From Hemiscyllium ocellatum (lineage: Eukaryota): a DNA stretch of 64,000 bases. Of this stretch, positions 1 to 13,300 are shown piece by piece. The stretch is from the NCBI RefSeq assembly GCF_020745735.1, contig NC_083429.1, positions 30,795,877 through 30,859,876 of the forward strand, written 5' to 3'. The notes below the pieces were generated by a model. It was given only the letters and a program-made list of their open reading frames with translations, ran no database searches and was not told where the DNA came from. Position 1 is the stretch's first letter. Each line of letters begins with the position of its first letter. A program made the position numbers and the translations under genes.

Positions 1-1636
1 AATATGCTAGTCATCTGGAACCCCTGGCTAATATCCTGGTGACATGGTTTGAAAAACATCATGGTAGGTTACATTCAATTTTACAAAATGCTGGAATTAA
101 AAACTGGCCTAATGATGACCATGTAAATGCTGTTGACTGTCATACAAAAAACAAAATCACTAAAGGCCAATCTGCTGTCCTTTACCTGGCCTGACTAGCA
201 TGTGATGCCAGACCCACAGCAGTGGAGTCAACCCATAACTGCCCTCCAAAACCTGACACTCTGTGTGTGCATTTCCAGTTTTCTCTGCCCTGACAGGCAG
301 CAACTCCACATTTAACTTTGTTCATATTATATTTTATCACACTTTGTCCAGTTCAGATCGCTAAGAAAAAGAAATTGCTGGAGAAACTCAGCAGGTCTGC
401 AGTAGGTGTGAAACTTCAGTTCTGAAAATGGGTCACTGGACTCAAAATATTAACTCTGCTTTCTGTCCACAGATGCTGCCAGACCTGCAGAGTTTCTCCA
501 GTTATTGTTGGTTTGGATACTCTCAGCCTTGTGTTTTTTTGGGACCAATTGAAAACCATTCACCCATTAGACAGATGTGGTCTTCAGTTTTGAAGATTTT
601 GTGGATTGAGTATATGTGAATTTTCATCTTTTGGCAAATTCTCAGGGTTGACAAAGGCTTGGTCCCATGGCTGCTAGATTGGAGAATACAATGTGTATTT
701 TTATTTTAGACTTGTACTGTCTCCAGCATTCTTTCGCATTAGTTTTATCTTTCCTTTTTATCTGGTCATAATTTTCAATAATTTTCATAGAATGCTCATC
801 ATTATTTGCTAAGTTTACTGCTAGTGATTAAATTCAGAATAATTTGCTGATGTTTAATATCTTGACTGTTAGTACTGCATGAGATTTTGATTATGTGTGA
901 TGAAAACAAAATGCTTTTCTTCTTTTGAAAAAATGCATTTGTAAACAATAGCTAAATCTTGTCAAATATATTGAATCCTGAAGTTGAGTGCGGTTTTAAA
1001 TGCATACTTCAGAACAATGAATGTTGTTTTCCAGCAAGTTTTAGAGAATATTTTGAGATAGAGGGATGGATCTTAGAGAGGTCTGATGATGTCAGCTATG
1101 CTGAGCAATATTGGGAAATTATGTGACAAGTAAGTGAAGCAATGGGCGGTGACTACATGCAGTCCCTGTCCTCCAACGTTGTCATTAGATACTTACCTGT
1201 CTCTTTGCATCATCATGGCACCCAACTGAACCATTTGCATCAGACATACCCTACCTGTGGATGCTTTGGCAACTATTTGAGCGCCCTGACTCCAAGAATC
1301 TTCACAATAGCTAAAGATTGAATCAAATTGCTTATAATCTCCAAATTTCCTGGTCGATTGAGCTTGAGTTGACAGAGCACACTGATCAGGTTTCTCTATT
1401 TACTTAAAAAGCACTTGCAAATCAACCAGTTGCAACCATAGGCATGTCATAGAAACATAGAAGCTCGGAGCAGAAGGAGGCCATTCAGCCCTTTGAGCCA
1501 TTCATCACTATCATGGCTGATCATCCAACTCAATAGCGTAATCCTGCTTTCTCCCCATAACCTTTGATCCCATTTGCCCGAAGTGGTATTTCTGGCTGCC
1601 ACTTCAATATATTCAATGCTTTGGCATCAACTACTT

Positions 1637-2442
1637 AGAACATAAGAACATAACATAAGAACTAGGAGCAGGAGTAGGCCACCTGGCTCTTCGAACCTGC
1701 TCCGCCATTCAGTGCAATCATTGCTGATCTTTTAGTGGCCTCAGCTCCACTTATCTGCCCTCACTCCATAACTCTTAATTCCTTTATTGTTTAAAAAAAA
1801 ATTATCTTAGCTTTATAATCGTTTACTGAAGAAGCCTCAACTACTTTACTGGGCAGAGAATTCCATAGATTCAAAACCCTCTGAGTGAACAAAATATTTT
1901 TCAATTCAGACTGTCTAATTTTGAGGCTATGCTGTCTTGTCCTCATTTCATCTGCCAGTGGAAACATCCTCCCTACATCTATGTTATCAATTCCCTTCAT
2001 AATTTTATATGTTTCTATAAGATCCTTCCCTCATTCTTCCAAATTCCAATGAATGTAATCCCAGTCAACTCAGTTTCTCCTCATAAGCAAACCCCCTCAA
2101 CTCCGGAATCAACGTAGTGAACCTCTTCTGTACCCGCTCTAGTGTTAGTACATTCTTTCTTAAGTGAGGAGACCAAAACTACAAGCAGTACTCCAGATGT
2201 GGCCTCACCAGCACACTATACAGCTGCAACATGGCCTCCCTGTTTTTAAACTCAATCCCATTATCAATGAAGGACAAAATTCCATTTGCCTTCTTAATTA
2301 CCTGTTACACCTGCACACCAACCTTCTGTGATTCATGCGCAAGGACATCCAGGGCCCTCTGCATAGCAACATGCTGTAATTTTTTACCATTCAAAAAAAG
2401 TCCTTTTTACTGTCATTCCTACCGAAACAGATGACTTCATGT
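1637..2442 (-). mobile_element. CR1 LINE 3' fragment interrupted by the Gypsy insertion; resumes at about 8010-8450
   Basis: (aacataag)n tail; ORF2 C-terminus FTQRVLNLWNSLP; colinear continuation after the 5' LTR. An older CR1 tail lies at 1447-1636. Confidence 0.8.
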
Positions 2443-3229
2443 TGTTACGAGACAGGAGTGAACCCCTCTGTTAATTAACCAAACACCCAGAAAAGCTCAG
2501 CTCACCTTGTAATCTGTTAAAACATGAGGTACACAGAACTCAGAAGTTCCACTATTTAAAGAAAATAACATCAATTTATTTTTTAACTCTAAATGTGAAT
2601 ATTAAATAACAACTATTCACAATTCTAAGCCCCCCTTTCTCTTAACTATTTAATTACCTACCTCCAACTCGACAGTAATGTGCTGTTCCAATATGACACT
2701 GATTTAAATTACATCAACTTCATTTCAACTTAATTTCAAAACCTTACAACCGCTGCCATCTTCTGCGACTTCACTTTTTCCGTCTGCTGAATTCCCTGGG
2801 TCATCTTTTTTCTATTTACTCTGAGTATGTTTCATATGAAAAGGTATCTTTGACAGAGAGTGTTTCCTGATTTCTTGGGTCTCTCTCAATGACAGTTTCT
2901 CGCTCCAATTTTCAAAATATCTTCAATTTTATATTCTAAATATCAGGTTGTCTCATTGGTCTGATGTTGACAAATCAATAAATTCAAACACAATTGGGTT
3001 TATGTATCCTGGGGCATAATTTAAACTGTTTGGTTAAATACGAATTGTCCAAAATGGGAAACAAAACTCAGGTATCCATTTAACAGCCAAATGTTACGTT
3101 TTTTTCAAATTTCCAGTACACTCTCAAGATTGCCATCTACTCATATACACAGGCGCTTGTAATCTCTCAGTTCAGAACAGCATTCTTTCTCTCTTAAAAG
3201 GTGCAGTACATGCCTTCAACATCATTACA
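2443..3229 (-). repeat. 3' LTR of the Gypsy element
   Basis: TG..CA termini (tgttacga..tcattaca on +); matches 7120-8001; PPT ccggggggaga (minus strand) abuts it at 3230-3240. Confidence 0.9.
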
Positions 3230-3485
3230 TCTCCCCCCGGCAGAAAAAAATGAAACATCCTAATTAAAAGTTGGCTTCTTTTTTTCTAATTCCTAATCCC
3301 ATTATAATAAAATACATAGGCCATTAATCTAACTTCATGTTAATTTCTGCATTCATCTATAACATGGGAATCTGTCCAATCTTATCTATACTTTTTCCTT
3401 TAAATCTGCTATCACATTCTTATGACTTGCAACATAACAATTTGTAAATTAAAAATCTATATCATAAGACTCCAACAAAATTGTC

Positions 3486-6330
3486 TCATATTTTCGTCTT
3501 TAAATATTTCCAAAATGTAAGAGGATTGTGGTCAGTGTATACCACTGTCTCCGACACATTGTTCATAAACGTTAAAATGTTGCAAGGCCAGTGCCAAAGT
3601 CTGTAATTCTTTTTCAGTGGTAGAATTTCTTTTTCCCGATGGGTGTTGAGTTTCTTTGAAAAGCAGCCAATTGGTTGTTCAGTTTCATCATCATCTTCCT
3701 GTAGCAGTACAGCTCCAACTCCTATATCACTAGCATTGATTGCAACTTTGAAGGGTTTCAAAAAGTTTAATGTAGATAAAACTGATGCGATGGTTAATAC
3801 TGCTTTTAAATTCTCAAATGCCTCCTGGCATTGTTCTGTCCAGTGAAATTTGTGTTCTTCTTTCATAAATCTGTTAGCTATGTCACCAGACTGTTGAAAT
3901 TTGGAATAAATCCCCTTAGTCCCAAAAATCGATGCACCTCTTTTTTCAAGATTGGTCATGGAAATTCCTTGATGGCCTTCGTCTTTGAGTTCTGCAGGGT
4001 CAAACTTCCATGACCGATTTTGTGTGACAAGAATGTCACCTCTGCCTTCGCAAGTTCTATTTTTTAAGTTTATTATCCGTTTTGCTTCTTGTAATTGTTC
4101 GAAGAGCTCTGCCAACTGTATCATGTGATCTTTCCATGACTTGCTAAAGATCACTACATCATCCAGATAAACTGCTCAATTTTTTAATCCAGCCACAACT
4201 CTGTTCATGAATCATTAGAATGTGGCTGATGTGTTCTTCACTCCAAAGGGCAACAATTTGAATTGATATAGCCATTTTGTGGTTAGAAACGCAGGAACAT
4301 CTTCCACTTGCTCTGGTAAATGTACCTGCCAACAAGCATGCAGTAAGTCAATTTTGTAATGTAAGTGGCTTATCCAGCTTTCTCTGTACAGGCCTCCAAT
4401 CTTGGTATTGGGTATGAGTCCCATTTTGATATGGTGTTGACATTCCAATAGTCCACACAAAATTGGACTATCAGGTTTAGGAGCTAACACAATTGGTGGA
4501 CTCCACTCACTCTGACGCGTTCGATGATATCTTCATTGAGCATCACATCGACTTTCTTCTGAACCTGTGTTGCTTTGAATGGATCAAGTCTGGAGGGGTG
4601 TTGTTTTATCACAACAGCATTCCTTACTTCCACCGCATGTACAATAGTATTAGTACACCCCATCTTATTCATGCATATGTCCTCATTTGAAACCTTTCAA
4701 CTCAGTTCATTGCTCCTGAGATAGATAGTTCACTAACCTAAGCCACTCCTTAAGGACTTACTCATATTTAACATATTTTGAGGTATATCAAACTCCACAA
4801 CATCTGGATTTGATTCCTCACTCTGCAGGGCAATAACTAACACTCATTTTTCCAGTTATCTGTCTCTGTTATAATAAGGTTTCAACATACTAACATGGCA
4901 TACCTGAAACAGCTTTATTATGTTTGGCATCTTTACCAGATATTTCACCTGACTGAACTTTTTCTCAATTTGATAGCGATCACTAAACCTGGTTTTGAAG
5001 GGATCTCCTACCATTTTTAACAATCCTAATGTGTCATCCCCATGGGAAAACATCTGAATTTTAGGGTTTTTATCTGCCACCTGCTTCATTCTATGCTGTG
5101 CCCTCTTCAAGTGCTGTTTAGCTGATTCACCTATCTGATTTAATCTCTTCCTCACCTCAGATACATCATCTAAGTGTGAGGTCTCCAACTTCTGTCCTGT
5201 CAATTTTTCTTTAGTTAATTTCAGAAGCACTCTGAGTTCATGTCTGAATATTAACTCAAAGGGAGTAAACTGAGTTGATTCATTTGGGCCATCTGTAATG
5301 GCAAACAGTATAAGTGGGATGCCTTTGTTGTAATTATTTGGATAATCCTAACAGTATGCTCTTAACATGGTCTTCACGGTGTGATGCCACCTTTCTAAAC
5401 CTCCCTGGGATTCAGGATAGTACACACTTAGTTGAAAGCGCTGTATGCTTAAGCTATCCATGACTTCCTTAAACAACCAAGCAGTCAGACTAGATGTTTG
5501 GTCTGACTGAATCTCTCTGGGTAGTCCATACCGTGAAAAGAAAGCTACAAACTCCTCTACCACCCATTTTGCCTTGTTAGTCTACAATGAAATTGCCTCC
5601 GGAAATCTGGTAGACACATCCATTATGGTTAACAAGTACTGGTTCCCACTTTTAGTTTTAAGGAGGGTATACCTGCCATTTTGCACATATGACATGTATG
5701 GGAAGGTTTAACCATATCCTTATGCATTCCAGGCCAATAGAAGTGCTTTTGTACCTTAACCTGAGTCTTCCTGTCACCTAGGTGACCTCCTACAGATAGT
5801 TCATGTGCTACCCATAACACTTCCTGTCTGGATGCTCCCAGCAACACAATCTGGTGCACTTCCACCCATTTCTCCTCAGACAAGGTGTCCGCTAACTGAA
5901 CCACAACTCCTTCATCTTTCTCTTTAGCTTTTGTGTCTTACTGTGATTTATGATAGTGGGATCCTATTACCCCATTGTCTGGGAAGAGTTCAGGGTATTT
6001 TATTCTTTTAACTCCTCAGTTCCCTGATCTTTCTTTGGCTTCTCCACAACAAGATGTGTCACTCCCACTTTCATTCCGAAGAACAAACTCTATTCCTGGA
6101 ACTGACACTCTGTCAATCACTTCCCTGTTGCTTCCCCAGCCTTAAGTTGGCTCTCCAATATAATCTTACACAGAGGAAGGCTAAGTTTCTGGCCATCTAT
6201 TCCACAAATTAACACTCTCTCAGGTGAAATGTCAGAAAGCGTGCAAATATATTAATCTCTAACAGGAAGAAATGGATTAGATTCTGTATCTCTCAAAATT
6301 ATAACTTGTTTCCCTTCTCCTCCATTCTTC
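3486..6330 (-). pseudogene. Disrupted pol: protease (~6060-6330), integrase (4856-5904), RT (~4150-4672), RNase H (3486-~3900)
   Basis: ILRDTE at 6282-6299; HELSVGGHLG..CHMC; YLDD at 4158-4169; ASDIGVGAVLLQ; ORF-track fragments. Confidence 0.9.
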
Positions 6331-7119
6331 CTGAGTAAGCTTTACTCACAGAAGTGAAGACTTTCTAGAGATCAGGCACTAACTCAAGGCTCAGCTCCTG
6401 CCTAGGCTATGCACTTTCCTGCAGCTCAACTTTTCTTGTGATTTCCTTCACTATTTCACTGATGCCACTGCCTTATCTTCTTTCACCACAACGTTTCTTA
6501 CAATGCCTTCTCTCATCATGTCCATCCTGTTAATTTGACTTTCCTTATTCATTTGCAACTTCTGAAGTTCAAATTCTCTCATTTTGATCAGCTAAAAACC
6601 TTCTCTCCCTTTCTTTTTTCTCTCTCTCTCTTCTCTCTCTTTTTCATTCTGTTTCTTCTCAGATGGCTGTTCTCTCCCTTTCTGTATCTTTGAATTCCAT
6701 TTGCTTTAGTTGCAATATATGTTTTTCTAACTCTACTGCACTTGTCTGTTTCTCTGATACCAACCTCTTGACCAATTCCATTACAATTTCAGCTTTCCTT
6801 CTGTCTCTGGTTAAACCCAATTCTAACATTTGCTAATTCTAAAAAATGTCCTTCCTCTGTCTTTCTAAACTTTCTTGGCAAATTTGGGAAGCATCTTCAA
6901 ACTCCAGAACCTTTTTTTTTAGCAATCCTAAGACCTATTTCTCTCTCTTTTAATCTAAACAACCATAAGTAACCGAACTTAAACAATTTTTTTCACCTTG
7001 TTTTACTTAAAGATCTTAGACACTAATTGGTAAGTGTTCAAATCTGCTGGAATCATTCCTACCCTAAATATGTTCAAGTCTGTCCAAATCTCAGACTGGA
7101 TTTGTGTAAGCCCCGAAGC

Positions 7120-8001
7120 TGTTATGACACGGTGGTGAACCTTTCTGTTAATTAAACCAAACACCCAGAAAAGTTCACCTCACCTCGTAATCTGTTAAAA
7201 TATGAGTGACAGAGAACTCCCAAATTCCACTTTTTAAAGAAAATAATATCAATTTATTTTTAACTCTAAAACTGAACATTAAACAACAAATATTCACAAT
7301 TTTAAGCCCCCCTTTCTCTTAACTGTGTATTAATTGCTTGCAACTCTATTGTTCAAGACACTTATTTAAATTACATAAACTTAATTTCAAAACCAAACAG
7401 CCGCTGTCATCTTCTCTGACTTCACGCTTTCAGCTGCTGAATTCTCTGGGTCGTCTTCATTCTTCAAACTGGAAGTATGTTTCATATGAAAAGATAGGAC
7501 AAAGTGAGGACTTTCCTGATGAAGGGTTTAGGCCTGAAATGTCAATTCTTCTGCTCCTCGGATGCTGCCTGACCTGCTGTGCTTTTCCAGCACCACATGC
7601 TCTACTCATATGAAAAGGGACCTTTGATAGAGTTTACTAATTCCATGGGTCTCTGTCAATAGCAGTTGCTCTCTCTCCAGTTTTCAAAATGTCCACATTT
7701 TTATACTCCCAACATCAGATCATCTCATTGGTCAATGTTAGCAAGCTAATAAGTTCAAACTCGATTGAATTTTAGTATCCTGGGGCATAATTTAAACTGG
7801 TTGGTTAAACTTGAATTGTTAGCAAAATAGGAGCCAAGACTCAGGTATCCATTTCACAGCCAAGTGTTGCATACTTTCAAATTTCCAGTGTACTTTGAGA
7901 CTGTCATCTGGTCTTATATACAGCTGCCTGTAATTTCTCAGTTCAGATCAGCACGCACTCTCTCTTAAAGTACAGTACATGCCTTCAACTTTATAGCAAC
8001 A
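7120..8001 (-). repeat. 5' LTR of the Gypsy element, carrying a 113-bp insertion
   Basis: Colinear with 2443-3229; outer boundary uncertain by a few bases. Confidence 0.88.
7494..7606 (+). mobile_element. Hammerhead-bearing short element, family A, inserted in the LTR with 11-bp TSD
   Basis: TSD catatgaaaag at 7483-7493 and 7607-7617; absent from the other LTR; CTGATGA 7516-7522, GAAA 7536-7539. Confidence 0.85.
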
Positions 8002-9080
8002 TATATAAATCTTGTGCTTCATCTGCCAGACCTTTGCTCACTCACTTAAAATATAATTTTCCCTTTGCAAAGTTTCACAGTCCTCTGCACACTTTGCCCT
8101 ACCACTCATCTTCATGTCATCCGCAAATCTCATCCAGTCCCAATTCTTTGTCAGTTTTAAGATGCAACAGTCCATCCAAGACATTTTTATTATTAATTCT
8201 GAACCTTTCTAATGTCACCATGACCTGGATAGCATCCTCCTCTTTTGTTAAGACAAATGCAAAGTATTAATTTACTGCCTCAGCCATACCCCTGACTTCA
8301 TATGTGAGTCCCCTTTACTGTCTCTAAATAGCCCTACCCCTCGCCCCTTACCAATATTTTATTATTTATATGGCTGTATGAAATCTTAATGATCCCCTTT
8401 ATGTTTACAGTCAGTCTGGCCTCATTTTCTTTGCTCCTAACTTGCAAAAAAGAGAGATGACGTTGTCTTTTTAAGAGTCTGGACGTTTCTGCCACTCTAT
8501 TATTTTCTCAGATTGGCCATCTGCCCCTAAGTAAGTCAGAGAGTTATTGCTCTCCTTAACCCTACTAACCCACACAACTAGCCCTGCTGGAAAATCCAAT
8601 CAACAGGCTGTCTCTGGGCAAAACTGTCCTGAACGTACACCTGTGCTGATGAGTATTTCAGCATCTTCCCCATTGCTTTAACAAAGCAACAGTGTAAATG
8701 CAACTCACATTGAGTTCCTGTAACATGTTTTAAAACTGCAATATCTCCTTCCATAGTTTCCTCAGTTTAAAGCAGTATCCCTTTTCCTATTTTGCTCCAC
8801 ACAATGTGTTCCTTTACAGAATAAATATTAAAAGTAAAGTTACTCTTGGGCTGCTGTCTCTTCAGAGAAATGACTGCTAGAGGTTTAATTTGAGGCTTAT
8901 TGTATCTCAGGTGAGGGATGAGGTGGAGAAGGAGACTGATCATTTTAACCTCAGCCAACATTAGATTTGATGCTGTGAGCATCTCTCTGCATGGCAGATC
9001 AACCAACTGAGCTTACTGTTCCCCAGAGTGATTATAATGTTCACTGAAAGGCTATTGTGGTGCAATGGTATTGTCAACTA

Positions 9081-9304
9081 GCTGAAAGTGAGGATTGCAG
9101 ATGCTGGAAATCAGAGCTTAAAAATGCGTTGCTGGAAAAGCGCAGCAGGTCAGGCAGCATCAAAGGAACAGGAGAATCGATAATTTGGACATAAGCCCTT
9201 CTTCAGAGATTCCTGAAGGAGGGCTAATGCCCGAAACGTTAACTCTCCTGTTCCTTTGATGCTGCCTGACCTGCTGCGCTTTTCCAGCAACACATTTTTA
9301 AGCT
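9081..9304. mobile_element. Fold-back hammerhead element, family A, inserted in a tRNA-SINE head
   Basis: Inverted arms; imperfect ~20-bp duplication at 9060-9080 and 9305-9324. Confidence 0.8.
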
Positions 9305-10031
9305 GTGCAATGGTATCGTCGCTACTTCTGATTTCCAAAAAGTCAAGTTCAAATCCCACCTGCTCCAGAGATATATTACAGGGACAAGTAGCTTAAAAAA
9401 ATCTGTAACTTTCCCTGGGGAGAAATCAAGATGCCTGACCATTTCCAGAAATCTAGGGAACTGTGCTTATGATACTTCATAATAGCGGTGTAAATGTGTA
9501 AGTGTCGTGATGACATTAGAGCTAGTAGCTCCTAATAAGAAACCAAACAGAGATAAGGCATAGCAAGAATTGGAGCTGTTTTCTTTATGGAAGATACAGA
9601 ATTAAGTGTTGAGAGTGTGGACAGTCACGCTGAGCAAGAGGCAACAGAGCCCTTCATGCCCAATCTGGGCATACCAAGTTTTCTAGTTTGGTACAAGTAT
9701 GTCATTAAAAAAATTCAGATGACACCAGATTATTGTCCAACGGGTTTATTTGAAATCACCAGTTTGCAGAGCATTTCCCCTTCGTCACTTCACCGGATGA
9801 AAGGGCAATGCTCCGAGAGCTTATGATTTCAAATCAACCTGTTAGACTATAATCTGCTGTTATCTGACTTCTGACCTTGTCCAGTGCAGTCCAATCTAAC
9901 ACTGGCACCTTCACATGATTAAAAAATGTATCTGATGCATTTCCTAATGTATATAGCCTACAAGGAATAAATTTGAAAGAAGTTCTGATTTGCTGATTAT
10001 TGAATGTGCTGTTTATTTTCTTTTCAAACAG

Positions 10032-10328
10032 GTAGTCACCCTATACAACAGAATGCTACAGTGGGCAGACCAGGAACACTGAAGTGTGCCTACCCATTCA
10101 GCAGTGAAGAAGAGGATGTTGTTATATACTGGAAACATCAAGATAATATTATTTGCTATATAGCGATGAATGACCTGAAATGTCAGAATTTCAAGCATCG
10201 TATAGAAAATAGAGAAATGATCTTAACTATCCCAAAGTTACATTTTTCACACAGTGGCAGATACACGTGCAGTGCATTCACTAAAGACAAGTCATTTGAA
10301 AACAACATTGAACTTTTGGTGCAGTCTG
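10032..10328 (+). CDS. V-set Ig exon, B7/CD80-like (TLKCAY..VVIYWK..NFKHR..LTIPKL..SGRYTC)
   Basis: ORF track 10004-10342; canonical C, W and GxYxC. Acceptor ttttcttttcaaacag|, donor G|gtaagt; 297 nt, phase 1-1. Confidence 0.9.
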
Positions 10329-13300
10329 GTAAGTTTCATTAAAATATATTTACATTTTAGTTTAAAGTTTAATATTTCAGGAGACATTAGCTTATCCAGG
10401 AGCTCAATTCAAACTAAGATTCAATTAAATGGTTTAGGATTTGACAAATTTCAAATAATATCATTCTCAGTGGACTGTATCCACATTTTACTCGATAACT
10501 TCAAATACTGTCACTAAATGTTGCCTTTCAACCAGGATCAATCCATGTGATCCAGGTATACCTATGAGGAGAGTCTGTGGCAGATGGGTCTATGTCCTCA
10601 AAAGTTTTAAAGAATGTGAGGAGACCTCATTGAAATTTGTAACAAGCTTTCATGGCGTGACAGGTTGGTTAATGATATTTCCCATGGTTGGTGACTGCAG
10701 CACCAAGAAACATGCCCTCAGAATAGAGCATAGGCCACTTAAGACAGAAATGAAGAGAAATTCTTTTGGTTCAGTGGATGGTAAAACTTTGGAATTCTCA
10801 AATCTGATGAACTTCAGAAGCTTAATCATTGAAGAATGTATCAATAGGATTCTATAGATTAATGACATTAAGGAATATATAGATGGTGTAGGAAAATTGC
10901 TGAGAGGTAGAAGATCAGCTGTGATTTAATTGAATGATCAGATAGACTCGATAGGTTGAATGGCTATGTTCATAACTGCCTGAACTCCTTAAACTAATTC
11001 TGTATAGACCTGGATCAAATCCAGGTACTTCCTACTTTATTTAAAGCACGATCACTTTAATTTTTGCAGGGTTTAGTTTTACCATCATTTACTCATTGAG
11101 ATTTCAGGAGAATCTCAAAGGAGAAGAAGTTGCAATTTGCCCTTGAGAAGGTGGTGGTGAGCTGCCTTCTTGAATCACAGCAGTCCATATGCTGTAGGTT
11201 GATCCACAATACCCATGAGGGAGGAAATTCCAGAATTTTGACCCAATGACAGTGAAGGAACAGCAATATATTTCCAAGTCAGGATAGTGAGTGACTTGAA
11301 GGGGAAATTCTAAGTAGTGTTGTTCCCATGTATCTGCTGCCCTTTTCTTTCTAGATGAAAATAGTCATGGAATGTGCTGTCTAAGGATTTTGGTAAATTT
11401 CTGTAGTGCATCTTGTGGATAGTTTGTACTGCTACCATTGAATGTCAGTGGTGGAGGGAGTGAGTGTGGGTGTGGCATCGATCAAGCAAGCTGCTTTGTT
11501 CTTAGATGGTGCTTCTTGAGTGTTGTTGTAGCTGTGCCCATCCAGTCAATTGATGGGTATTCCATCACACTCCCGACTTGTGCCATGTAGTATCTCAGAG
11601 TTCGCAAATAGTGCTGAACATGGTGCAATCATCAGCAAACATCCCCAGTTCAGACCTTCTGTCTCGCCTAAATGTGACTGCACTGTTCAGTTTTGCTTTG
11701 ACAGCAAGCAGTGATGGATAATAAATGCTGGCCTTTATAGTGATTCCCATATCCAGGAAAGAGTGAGAAAAGCTGATTTAGATCCCACAATATGCATTTG
11801 TTGTTTCCTGTTCCCGTGATATTTAATACCTGCACCATCAGATTTTAGAAACCATTGTGCCGTATGCAACATTTGACCACTGATATTTATAGTTATGACT
11901 CTCCATCCCATTTTCAAAATAAATATTCAACACTTTATCCTGAGAAATTTAAGTTAGAAATGCCTGCAGCATCTTCGAACCTGTTTCATATACTTGGCAC
12001 ATTGGTGCATTTACATCTCTGCTTTCAGCCTAAGTTGAATAACATTATTATACACTCTTCTCTTGTTTGCTTTTATTTGTTCATTATTTAATCTTGAATC
12101 ATGTTTGTTCTCAAATGTCTTTGCTGAAGTGCAAGTCATTTCAATTTTCTATGTCGTTCCATGTATAGTTAATATCCCATAATTATTCTTTTGCTGTTTT
12201 CCTCCAAATTATAGTCATTCTTCCTTTTCTTTGCTTTTGCTCACCAGAAACTACTGAGAATTATGACAGACAGTGTGGAAGTTACGTATTTTAGGGAATG
12301 TTGTTCCAGCAACTGTATACTTTAAAAACTTGATTTGAAGGACTGAAAATTGGCAGCTCTGGAATGATTTTAAAAAGGGGTGCAGTCTGGTATTATATCC
12401 TATTGTGTACTGTTCATTTGATTTCTTGTGTTGCTGTACCTGTGACACATTGTATGATTGAAAGAATTAAGATGCCTTGCAAATTTTCTTTTTATTATGC
12501 ATTTCTTCTGGAGTTGGTAGCACTATAATGGCTAATAGTACTGTAATTTTGTTAAACTTCTTAGAACACTGGGCTGTGTTTTGAAATTGTCACAGGGTGC
12601 TCTGATTTCATTTTCTTGCTGCATGATCGGAAGAATTATGCCTTGTATTATTATATCCTACACATCATTTGTTGTACCATTTGATAATTACATAGTGTTC
12701 GTGATTTATAATCGCAAAGCATATGAGCGTATTCTCTGCTTGACTATGAGGTGGATCAGAACCTCAAATAACTGATTAAAATGTCGTACGTTTGCCATCC
12801 ATTGCACAATATCCCAGACATTACAGTCATGAAAATTTTAACTACACATAATTCAGATCTGCAAATTTCTTGTGAAGAGAATTCTCAGTTAGAGTCATAG
12901 AGATGTACAGCATGGAAACAGACCTTCGGTCTTACTCGTCTATGCCAACCTAAAATAATCTAGTGCCATTTGCCAGCATCTGGCCCATACACTTCTAAAG
13001 CCTCCCTATCATATATCCACCCAGATGTCTTTTAAATGTTGTAATCGTACCAGCCACCACCACTTCCTCTGCTACACATTTTTGCAATGGTTCATTCATC
13101 CAACTGTAAATGATTTATGCAAAGGCAGTCCTTTGCTCATTGTCAGCTTCATCTTGAGCCTTTCCTTTCTGATCTCGTTCTTGCAACTGGTGCCTAGAGT
13201 TTTCACTTAGCTGTGTTCTTTGATTCAGCACAATTCAACTCAAATCAGCATATCCAGTGCAAAGATTTTGGAATATTTATCAATTATTAATTTCCGTGAT

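Larger units (their letters stand above)
2443..8001 (-). mobile_element. Decayed Ty3/Gypsy LTR retrotransposon, Gmr1-type (gag-PR-IN-RT-RH)
   Basis: Two similar direct LTRs, polypurine tract, and pol motifs: ILRDT, HHCC zinc finger, YLDD, DASxxGxGAVL-like, TDHNPL. Many stops and frameshifts. Confidence 0.92.

Noticed and set aside
2438-8005. Target-site duplication of the Gypsy element
   Set aside because: Flanks (catgt versus tatat/catat) do not give an exact 4-5 bp match and the 5' LTR end is ambiguous; not claimed
9587-9700. MPNLGIPSFLVWY as the signal-peptide exon of the plus-strand gene
   Set aside because: The available donor (aa|gtatgt) is phase 2, incompatible with the phase-1 V exon, and the hydrophobic core is short
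11855-12050. Possible decayed second V exon (TLYPEKFKL-[G]NA..GAFTSLLS resembling SLFPEEF..GNAS..GxYTC)
   Set aside because: Needs a frameshift and several substitutions; no C-strand Trp, no clear B-strand motif and no splice donor. Could be chance; an HMM search would settle it.
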